Assembly: GCA_963665115.1 (NCBI GenBank)
Contig: OY762007.1
Location: 5,888,001-5,952,000 of the forward strand
Source of the DNA: an uncultured Rivularia sp.
Lineage (GTDB): Bacteria; Cyanobacteriota; Cyanobacteriia; Cyanobacteriales; Nostocaceae
Direction: 5' to 3'
DNA length: 64,000 nt
Of the stretch, positions 54,925 through 64,000 are shown piece after piece. A program made the translations under genes and the position numbers. The notes under the pieces are model-generated. The model saw nothing but the letters and a program-made list of their open reading frames with translations. It was not told the origin of the DNA and did no database searches. The first letter of the stretch is position 1. Each line of letters begins with the position of its first letter.

Positions 54925-57900
54925 ATGTACAATTGCGAAATTGAGAAGCTAAAACCAAAGTCGCTGATAAAAAAACTAGGAACAACAAGTTCCAAAATGG
55001 AAGTTCCCAATCGGACAAACTTTGAAATCAACTTTAAACCGGATTTCTTAGAGAAATTTAATCCATCATCTGCAAAAGTAGCCATTCTCGTCACTAATGA
55101 ATTTGAAGGTTTTTCCAAAAATGGCGGAATCGGTACTTACTATACAACCTTAAGTCAAAAGCTGGAGAAGGATGGTTGGTACGTTATACTCTTACTTTGT
55201 CAAACTGAAGAAAATTTTCAAGGAGAAGCCAAATTTCCTCATGTTGATAGCGTTTTCTCTACCCACGAAGCAGAAGGGGTTTTAAATCTCCAACCAATTC
55301 ACCTTTCTATTTTGGCTCAAACCCAGGAAGACGAAATCAGTAATAGCTTTGACTATGAAAGTTACTGCTGCTTATTCTTCACTCAAGCAATTATCGCTAG
55401 CTTTCCCGATGCAGTTACTTACATTGAATTTCCAGATATATGGGGATTTGGCTACCGTACAACACAAGCGAAAAAAACTGGTTTACTCAGTAGCAGTTGT
55501 CTTATCGGTGCTACTACCCACGGGTGTTTTGAATGGTTGCGTGAAGTAAACAGTCAATACAGCGTAACAAACCCTCAGTGGTTATGGCTAGCTTACCATT
55601 ACGAGCAGTATTCTTATGAAAATGCCGATGTCGCTTACTTCCCTTCCTATTTTCTCAAGTCAAAGCTAGAAAGTTATGGTTGGAAAAAACAGGGGAATCA
55701 TTTACCTTATTTTGTACCGATTGTAGAATCACAAGGTGACGAAACAACAAACCTAACCTCCCTTGCTTACGAGGAAAAACCACTGGGTACACATATCGAG
55801 GCAGATCCCCCTAAATCCCCCTTCTTAAGGGGGACTTTGAATCCTATTCCCCCCTTTTCAAGGGGGGTTAGGGGGGATCAAAAATCTATAAAGCAACTCG
55901 ACAAAACTTGTGCGTACACCGTAGACGAGGGAAAAGAAAAATTCCCAATTGTATTTTTCGGAAGACTTGAAGAAAGAAAAGGATTCTGCACTTTTGTAGA
56001 AGCAATCAAATTACTCAATCGGGATGTAATTAATAAAATTCAAATTATTTTTATTGGCAAAATTATTCCTTTACAATCATCGCAATATCAACATCTTGAC
56101 AGCCAGCAGTACATTGAAGAACAACTTGATGGCTATGTAGCTTACAAAGTATTACCAAATTTATCCAGTCAAGAAGCGATTAAATTTGTTCGCGAGTTAA
56201 ATAGCCCAATTGTTTGTCTAACCAGTCTCCAAGAAAACTTTCCCAATACGGGATTAGAAATGGGACAATTACCTGTCAGCTTGGTGGTTTCAGATACGGG
56301 GGGATTTCGAGAAACCTTAAATTTGATTGAGCGCTCCGATTGCGTGCGCTACTTTCAGCCAGGAAATTCTGATTCTCTTGCTCAAACCATAACTCAAGCT
56401 GTTGATGCTTATCCCGAAAACCCATTAATTCCCGAAGGTGAGTTTTTAGAACAAGTTAATCGAAATCTGCTTAACCAAAGATTAGAATATATGAGTCAAG
56501 TTTTTATGGAAGGTGCGCCAAAAGAACTATCTTCTCCACCAATTACTATAGCGATTGTCTGCTCGCATCCTACAACTGCTATATTAAAGTGTCTCGAAAG
56601 CCTTGCCGCTCAAACCTACAATAATTTTGAAATCATCGTTGGGTATCCAGATAAAAGCGAGTATCTACAAGAAATAATTATTCAAGCCCAAACCAAGTTT
56701 CCCAGCTGCAAATATTTAAATTTGGATGCTAGTTGGAGCTTGGGAGAAAGTTATAACTACTTGGTTGAATTAGCAGCAGGAGAATATGTTTTACAATTAT
56801 CACCCGAACATATCCCCTTATCCGATACAGTAGAAAAATTTGTTACCGCTGCACTTACAGCCCAAGCAGATGCTGTTGTATCTCCACAAGTTACGGTTGG
56901 GGAAGATGGAACTAAAATTAATTTAATCGATGGTTGTTTGCTTAAGCTTTTAGAATTTAACTACAACCAAGATATATCTGCACTATATTCTCTCAAACTA
57001 CTCAAAGAATTTCCCTACAGTCAGGAAAGAGGAATATTCGCGTTAAATTGGCACATCATCGCAGCGGCGATCGCCACCGGAAAAGAAATTGCTTACTACC
57101 CTTACCCCCTTTACACTTCAAGCACGCAATCGACAAACAATCCCATAAATATAGCTAAAGAGCGCTATTACATACGTCAATACTTATACCAAATTGAATC
57201 ATCAAAGTGGAATCAGCGCCAGCTAAATTTACTATTAACAGGTGTCGAACAACTCCTAGAGCAGCAAGAACAAAATAAATCATTGCGCTTCACAGTGGGA
57301 AATGGCGAAAAGTTATCATCTCAATCTCAAGCTTGGATGCTAACCGCACAGCAAATTCAAGATGAACTAACTCATACTCAAGAAAGTCTAAAAAACCTTC
57401 AATCTTGGAATCAACAGCTACAAAAAGCCAAAGACTGGCTGGAGCCTCAGTTGCAAACCTGGATGCAAAAAGCCCAGCAAACTCAAGATGAACTAACGCA
57501 GACACAAGAAACTCTAAAAAACCTTCAGTCTTGGAAACTTACAGCTACAAGCAGGGAAAGATTGGCTAGAGACTCAGTGGCAAACTTGGATGCTGAGAAC
57601 CCAAAAAGCCGAATTAGAATGGCAAAGGTGGCAGTCGATAGCAAGCATGATGGCAAACAGTAAATTTTGGCATCTCCGCAAAGCTTGGTTAAAACTAAAA
57701 AACATCATTAAAACCAAAATCGATCCGCTTGAATTAGCATCTCAAGTTAATTCCGAAAAAGACATTCGGGATTATGTGACTTCCGTAGCTACCCAGAAAG
57801 TTCGATATTTTCAGCCAGAAGCAGTAGAAACACCTGTAGTTTCAATTATCTCCGTGTTTTTCAACGACTATGAATTTTTTGAAACTACCTATAGAAGCGT

Positions 57901-59200
57901 TATTAACCAAACCTGGCAAAATTTTGAATGGATTATCGTCAACGATGGTTCAACTAACCTTGATGCAGTAGCATTCATCGAGTCGTTGCCTCAAAGAACC
58001 AAAAAAATCAAAGTTGTTTCTAACACTAACAATCAAGGTGAAGCAGCAGCAAGAAACATGGCAATTGCTGAAGCTCAAGGCGAGTATTTACTTTTTGTAA
58101 ATTTAGTTGACATTATTGACCCCTTATATGTTGAGAAATGCCTGCTTTTCTTAGAAACCCATCCCGAATTTTCTTTTGTTAACTCCTATTCTGCTGTTTT
58201 TCAAGCACAAGAGTACTGGTGGAATCATGGCTTCAACAAACCAGCGAAGCTGATTCAAGACAATTTTGTCAAGGGACAATTACTTTATCGCAAAGCCGAC
58301 TTTGATGAATTAGGAGGATTCGACAACGAGTTAAAGTATCGTGCAGATTGGGAACGATGGGTAAAAGCAATAGCCAATCATCAAAAAGGATGGACAATTC
58401 CCGAATACTTAGGATGTAATCGCTGCACTACCTTTGCAGCACCAACATTTGAACAAAATCGCTCAGAATCAAAACCTGCAAAAGAATTAATTCAATCTCG
58501 CTATCGAGAATTTTTTACCTCCACCCCTCCCCAAGAAATTTCCCTTAATGGTGAATCTCTTAAACAGCAACAACTCCAACTGAAAATCGATGCCCAAAAC
58601 TCAATTCAGTACTCAAGTACTAACAAAAACTTATTATTTTTCTTCTCCTCGCTCAACAGCGATATCGATAAATGTAACCTGGAATTAATAACGAAGCTCG
58701 AACAGCAGGATTACAAAATTACTGCGATCGCAACAACAAAAGAACGAGCAAGCAAATCGTTTTACAATGTCACACCAGATATTTTTCACTTACCTAACTT
58801 CCTAGATGAAGCCTACTGGTTAGCATTTACCCGCTACATCATAGAATACCGCCAAATTGACACCATCATAATATCTCACGTAGATATTGCTTATTATTTC
58901 TTACCTTTACTCCGTGCAGAGTTTCCCCAGGTAGCTTTTATTGACTTGGGCTACGACAATAATAATTTTTCTAGCAACGGTAATATCAAATCAAGTCAAT
59001 TCAGTAAATATCTAGATCGTCAGGTAGTATTTTCTCCATCCCTTGACAATATTGTTGATGAAAACTCAAAGTTAATTTGCTCTTCTAACGTTGAAATAGA
59101 AGCTATTTTTAATGAAGCTATCCAAGCCCGTCAAAAATCAAATCCCACAGAAATTGATACTGAATTAGCCGCTGTAGCTTTGTCGCTGGTATTGAAGTAA
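54925..59200 (+). CDS. Large GT4 + GT2-like + coiled coil + GT2 + partial GT4 glycosyltransferase (frameshift near 57535)
   Basis: N-terminus paralogous to the gene at 45001, C-terminus paralogous to the gene at 38860-41175; the two ORFs join within the 42-aa repeat. Confidence 0.75.
55780..55924. mobile_element. MITE inserted in frame in the glycosyltransferase
   Basis: Degenerate TIR (CCACTGGGTACAC / GCGTACACCGTAG), imperfect direct repeat ACGAGG(A/G)AAAA, internal CCCCCT/AGGGGG palindromes. Confidence 0.7.
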
Positions 59201-59311
59201 TTAAGGAAGAAAGAAGATGGAAGAAGGAAGAAACTTAAGTCCTCAATTTATTTTCCCATGCCCAATGCCCAATGACCATTGCCCATTCTTCCTTCTTCCT
59301 TCATTTTATAC

Positions 59312-60584
59312 TTATTCCCAATCAAACTTCATACCTAAATATTCCTCTAATTGCTGATTATAAGGGACGGAAGAAATCTACTAGCTGATGACGTAAATTA
59401 TCGGGAATCGGAGAATATGAGCCAGGATTAAGATTGCGAAATTCAGGTATGTAGTTATCCTGTAAATCCAGAAAATTATAAACTTGCTTCATTGTTGCTG
59501 ATGGATTTTCAAATAAATTCTCACTTTTAATAATTAAAAACTGCTCTCTTGGAAAAATATTCATCCACTCTTTTAGGTAGTAAATATATAAACTTTCTAA
59601 TAAATCGGGTAATAATATATAATTTGTAAATTTTTGATATTTTTTTCGTGCAAATGATTGTGAGTCATCAGATAACCAATCAAGCCATTGATTTATAAGA
59701 CTGGGAATTTTATCTATAGTCTTATTTAAGCAATTTTTTGTCACTTGTATAAGCTGCGTATATGTATAGTCTACATATCTTAACCGACATCTCTGATAAT
59801 AGGAAGAGATAGCTCTATCTGCTGGATTTCTTAATAGAATAATAAATTTCATCTTGGGTAATAGAGCGAATATTTTTTGAGCTATTTTATAAGAATTAAT
59901 ATAAATAGGTGTAGCTTCACCAGTAATATAATTTTTGCTATTAGAAATTTGAGGAAAATGAGCAAGATAATAATCAATATCTTGTTTGAAAAAAGAGTTA
60001 AAAAAATGAAGCTCTTTGGCAACAGCAGGAAGAACTTGAGGATGGTTACTTACATAGGAATAAAGAGAGGTAGTACCGCATTTACTAAATCCAGGAATCA
60101 TGAATTTTGGTTGAAGTTGTTGTCCGAAATCCCAATGCTTTTCAACCAACTGAGGATGAGATAGAAGAATTTGCTGATAGCTAGCTGCTTTATAGGAAGC
60201 AATTGCCGATCCAGTTTTACCTTGTAAAGTTAACAAAATACCTAAAACGAAGCGAGCAAAAGTAAAATTTGGTTGATTCTCAACTGTTTGATGTAGAAGT
60301 GCAACTCCTTCCTCAAGTAAACCATCATCTATTTTTTCTTCACTCCAACTCGCAGCTAGTAGAGAACACTTTAAAACCCCGTAATTTCTAAGATTATTAG
60401 GGTCAAATTGGAGGGATTTGATGTAATGAAAAGACGCTTCTTGAAATTGAAATTGGCTTCGATATATTTGTGCAAGTTTCTCATGAGCGTGGGGATTATT
60501 GTATTTAATTACTAAAGCTTTTTGGTAGTGAGATATTAGTTTATTTTGTCTGTCGCTATTGAGGTTAGTTTGAAGTAATACCAA
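59312..60584 (-). CDS. TPR + sulfotransferase, tandem copy 2 (frameshift near 59365)
   Basis: PGFSKCGTTSL, KELHFF, LRNPADRAISSY; the paralog shows the end should read MKFDWE. Confidence 0.85.
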
Positions 60585-60596
60585 TTGTTTTTGCTC

Positions 60597-60692
60597 CTAT
60601 GCTTCTTGCTCTGTCCGATTTAATCAAGCATTCAATTTTTCTGCATAAACTCGGATGTGGGGTTCTGCATGATAAGTAACGTGTCTTCCGGG
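60597..60692 (-). pseudogene. Duplicated 3' fragment of the thioesterase gene
   Basis: Encodes PGRHVTYHAEPHIRVYAEKLNA*LNRTEQEA, near-identical to the end of ORF 62074-63990. Confidence 0.8.
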
Positions 60693-60793
60693 ATGAAAAA
60701 TAAGTTACTGTCACGGCTGGTAAGCAGTGGGACAATGGTGAGAACGAGAGAAGTTCTTGCATCGGTGGTCTTCCTTCTTCCTTAATTTTATAA

Positions 60794-62062
60794 TTATCCC
60801 CAATCAAACTTCATACCTAAATATTCCTCTAATTGCTGATTATAAGGACGGAAGAAATCTACTAGCTGATGACGTAAATCATCGGGAATCGGAGAATATG
60901 AGCCAGGATTACAATTGCGATATTCAGCTATGTAGTTATCCTCTAAATCCAGAAAATTATAAACTTGTTTCAATGTTGCTGATGGATTTTCAAATAAATT
61001 CTCACTTTGAATAATTAAAAACTGCTCTCTTGGAAAAATATTCATCCACTCTTTTAGGTAGTAAATATATAAACTGCTTAATAAATCTGGTAATAATATG
61101 TAATCTGTAAATTGTTGATATTTTTCTTGTAAAGATGATAGTGAGTCATCGAACAACCAATCAAACCGTTGATTTATAAGACTGGGGATTTTTTCTATAG
61201 TCTTATTTAAGCAATTTTGTGTAACTTGTGTAAGCTGCGATTTATAATATTCATAGTCTATTCTACGTCTATGAAAATAGGAAGAAATAGTTCTATCTAC
61301 TGGATTTCTCAATAGAACAATAAATTTCATTTTGGGAAAAAAAGCGAATATTTCTTGAGCTATTCTAGAAGAATAAATATATCTAGGTGTTGCTTCACCA
61401 GTAATATAATTTTTGCTATTAGAAATTTGAGGAAAATGGGCAAGATAATAATCAATATCTTGTTTGAAAGAAGAGTCAAAAAAATGAAGTTCTTTGCCAA
61501 CAGCAGGAAGTACTTGAGGATGTTTACTTACATAGGAATAAAGAGAGGTAGTACCGCATTTCCTAAATCCAGGAATTATGAATTTTGGTTGAAGTTGTTG
61601 TCCGAAATCCCAATTTTCTTCAACCAAATGAGGATGGGATAGAAGAATTTGCTGATAGCTAGCTGCTTTATAAGAATCAATTGCTGATTCAATTTTACCT
61701 TGTAAAGTTAACAACATACCTAAAACGACGCGAGCAACAGGAAAATTTGGTTGATTCTCAACTATTTGATGCACAAGTGCAACTCCTTCCTCAAGTAAAT
61801 CCGGATCTATTCTTTCTTTATTCCAGCTTGCAGCTAGTAGAGAGAACTTTAGTTTCCAATAATTTCTAAGATTATTGGGGTCAAATTGAAGGGATTTTAT
61901 GTAATGATAAGATGCTTGTTGAAATTGAAATTGGCTTTGATATATTTTTGCTAGTTTCTCGTGGGTGCGGGGATTATTGTATTTAATAACTAAAGCTTTT
62001 TGGTAGTGAGATACTAGTTTATTTTGTCTGTCGCTTTCGAGGTCAGTTTGAAGTAATACCAA
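60794..62062 (-). CDS. TPR + sulfotransferase, tandem copy 1
   Basis: PGFRKCGTTSL, KELHFF, LRNPVDRTISSY; TTG start inferred from the GGAG RBS and the paralog. Confidence 0.85.
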   Translation of the reverse strand: MVLLQTDLESDRQNKLVSHYQKALVIKYNNPRTHEKLAKIYQSQFQFQQASYHYIKSLQFDPNNLRNYWKLKFSLLAASWNKERIDPDLLEEGVALVHQIVENQPNFPVARVVLGMLLTLQGKIESAIDSYKAASYQQILLSHPHLVEENWDFGQQLQPKFIIPGFRKCGTTSLYSYVSKHPQVLPAVGKELHFFDSSFKQDIDYYLAHFPQISNSKNYITGEATPRYIYSSRIAQEIFAFFPKMKFIVLLRNPVDRTISSYFHRRRIDYEYYKSQLTQVTQNCLNKTIEKIPSLINQRFDWLFDDSLSSLQEKYQQFTDYILLPDLLSSLYIYYLKEWMNIFPREQFLIIQSENLFENPSATLKQVYNFLDLEDNYIAEYRNCNPGSYSPIPDDLRHQLVDFFRPYNQQLEEYLGMKFDWG

Positions 62063-62073
62063 TTGTTTTGCTC

Positions 62074-64000
62074 CTATGCTTCTTGCTCTGCTCGATTTAA
62101 GCAAGCATTTAATTTTTCTGCATAAACTTGGATGTGGGGTTCTGCATGATAAGTGTTGTGTCTTCCGGGAACCTCGATAACTTCAATCCCACCCTTAACC
62201 CAATCATTCCAGCCATTGGGTTGCATCGGGTCAAAATGAGAGCCGAAATGTTGTCGATTTTCTGCCGCAGAAAAATAAATAACCCGTCCCGAATAGATTT
62301 TGGGAAGATGATTAATAATAACTTGCCAGTTGGCTTCAGAAACTTTTAAAATATTCTCAATTATATTGTCACTCAATCCATATTTTCGGAATTTCTCTCG
62401 TTTCTTCTCCTTTCCAAAAGATTGCCAACTTGTCCATCTTTGTATTTTGTCTTCGTCTGTAATTAAGGGATTTAGACTATCTGCCATAGCCACTAACAAA
62501 ACTTGCTGACCCTGCTTTTCTAATTGTTGAGCCATTTCAAAGGCAATATTACCTCCGATACATACACCGCCTAGAAGATAGGGACCTTGAGATTGGACGG
62601 TTTGAATCTCCTGGATGTAGTAGTCTACTATATCTTCGATACAGGTATGGGGTGCTGCTTCACCATCGAGTCCTACTGCTTTTAGAGCATAAAGGGGACG
62701 CTCCGGATCGAGGTAACGTGCCAACTGTCCGAAACCGCCCCTACCTTTGATGGCATGGACGTAAAAGAAAGGTAGCTTGCTTCCCGTGGGGCGGATAGTA
62801 ACCAAAGAACGAGAGCCGAGATTGTCCCAGTATTGTTGGTTGATTCGACGGGCAAGTTGGACGACGGTTTTGGCTTCGGCTAAACTTGCTAATGGAATTT
62901 TTAGACCGAATGATTTTTCAATTTCCGTCACCACAACTGCTGCTTTGACGGAATCCCCTCCTAACTCGAAAAAGTTGTCATTTCGCTTAACTGACTCAAT
63001 TTCCAAAACCTGTTGCCAAATTTCTGCCAACAGAATCTCTAGCTCATTCTGGGGAGCGTCGCTCGGCTGACTTGATACCTTGTCTTCAATAGTCCAACTT
63101 GCCAAACTGTTTAAGCTGCCCTCCAAAAATGCTTTTCGACAAACTTGACGCTGAATTTTACCGCTAGAGGTTTTAAAAATACTGCCTCGTTTAAGCAGCA
63201 CAACGCCATAAATGGGTAACTCATAGTGTTCGGCAACCCCACTGCGAATAGCACTCACTACTTTTTCAACATCCAGATTTTGACTGGCACCACGCTCAAC
63301 CTCAAATGCTATAACTAATTGCTCAACTCCATCAACTTTGATGGAAAATGCAGCCCCATACCCCGGACGCAACGCCGGATGGCTCTTTTCCACCAGCCAC
63401 TCAATATCCTGGGGATAGTAATTCTCGCCGCGAATGATTATCAAATCCTTGAGACGACCTGTCACAAACAGTTCCCCATCCCGAACAAATCCCAAATCCC
63501 CCGTCCGCAAAAACGGTCCCTTTCCTGTGTCTGCCAAACGCGCCCCAAAGGTTTCTTCACTCACCTCCGGACGCTGCCAGTAACCCCGCGCCATTCCCGC
63601 ACTCGCCACCCAAATTTCCCCTACCTCATCTGGGGCGCAGCGCGTTAATGTTTGGGGATGAACAATCGCCACTTGGGTATTCCCTGAAAACCGTCCCGAA
63701 CTCACCCACCGCTGTCCCGTCGCCGACTCGACCACGCGGTTTTGTGCCAAAGCTTGCGCCGACAGCCGACAAAACACCGGCTCCATCCCTTTCCGACTCA
63801 TCGTTACCATCAGCGTTGCCTCCGCCAATCCATAACCCAAGGCAAACGCCTGACGGCGAAACCCGCAGGAAGCGAAAGCTTGACTAAATTGGTCGATAAC
63901 CTCGGGATTAATTGGTTCTGCACCATTCCCCGCCGCTTCCCAACTGCTCAAATCCAGCGTCGCCCGTTCCTCCGATGCAATCCGCCGCAAGCAGTAAGCA
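62074..64000 (-). CDS. Fatty acyl-AMP ligase - carrier protein - thioesterase (starts beyond the window)
   Basis: GYGLAEATL, LRTGDLGF, GRLKDLII, KTSSGKIQR; FFELGGDS carrier motif; TE with GVCIGG and PGRH. Confidence 0.85.
   Translation of the reverse strand, partial: AYCLRRIASEERATLDLSSWEAAGNGAEPINPEVIDQFSQAFASCGFRRQAFALGYGLAEATLMVTMSRKGMEPVFCRLSAQALAQNRVVESATGQRWVSSGRFSGNTQVAIVHPQTLTRCAPDEVGEIWVASAGMARGYWQRPEVSEETFGARLADTGKGPFLRTGDLGFVRDGELFVTGRLKDLIIIRGENYYPQDIEWLVEKSHPALRPGYGAAFSIKVDGVEQLVIAFEVERGASQNLDVEKVVSAIRSGVAEHYELPIYGVVLLKRGSIFKTSSGKIQRQVCRKAFLEGSLNSLASWTIEDKVSSQPSDAPQNELEILLAEIWQQVLEIESVKRNDNFFELGGDSVKAAVVVTEIEKSFGLKIPLASLAEAKTVVQLARRINQQYWDNLGSRSLVTIRPTGSKLPFFYVHAIKGRGGFGQLARYLDPERPLYALKAVGLDGEAAPHTCIEDIVDYYIQEIQTVQSQGPYLLGGVCIGGNIAFEMAQQLEKQGQQVLLVAMADSLNPLITDEDKIQRWTSWQSFGKEKKREKFRKYGLSDNIIENILKVSEANWQVIINHLPKIYSGRVIYFSAAENRQHFGSHFDPMQPNGWNDWVKGGIEVIEVPGRHNTYHAEPHIQVYAEKLNACLNRAEQEA

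Noticed and set aside
7830..58731. GCGATCGC sites as a special repeat system
   Set aside because: Ordinary cyanobacterial HIP1; used only as a host indicator
59312..64000. Olefin synthase (Ols/CurM) pathway
   Set aside because: No KS/AT/KR domains lie between the FAAL and the TE, and the sulfotransferases are separate TPR fusions

Overview
The window looks like part of a large conjugative plasmid or ICE from a filamentous cyanobacterium (AT-rich, repeated HIP1 GCGATCGC sites, Nostocales-type heptamer repeats and MITEs). 1-2.2 kb holds the tail of a probable primase/helicase-type replication gene, a small orphan gene and a broken Uma2 gene. 2.8-19.4 kb is a cyanobacterial-type T4SS operon (pilin-like, VirB4, VirB6-, VirB8- and VirB10-like, VirD4) followed by an AAA ATPase. 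21-26.7 kb holds a MOBV relaxase, a candidate oriT hairpin (TAGTGTG/TT loop) and ParM-like and MobD-like genes. 27-36.5 kb is a probable leading region. It carries a 1264-aa single-subunit two-barrel (cellular RdRP/YonO-like, DFDGD) RNA polymerase, a phage Dam-type adenine methyltransferase whose ORF contains nine 126-bp-spaced DNA hairpins, and a small-gene cassette preceded by a large stem-loop. 36.6-64 kb is cargo: a Wzm/Wzt-exported glycan locus with fused glycosyltransferases, three TPR-sulfotransferases, a PhyH-UbiA-cyclase-like-PhyH-TPR fusion protein and a FAAL-ACP-thioesterase. Many ORFs are split by single-base gains in short C or A runs, most likely sequencing artefacts. All product calls come from motif recognition by eye; no database searches were run.
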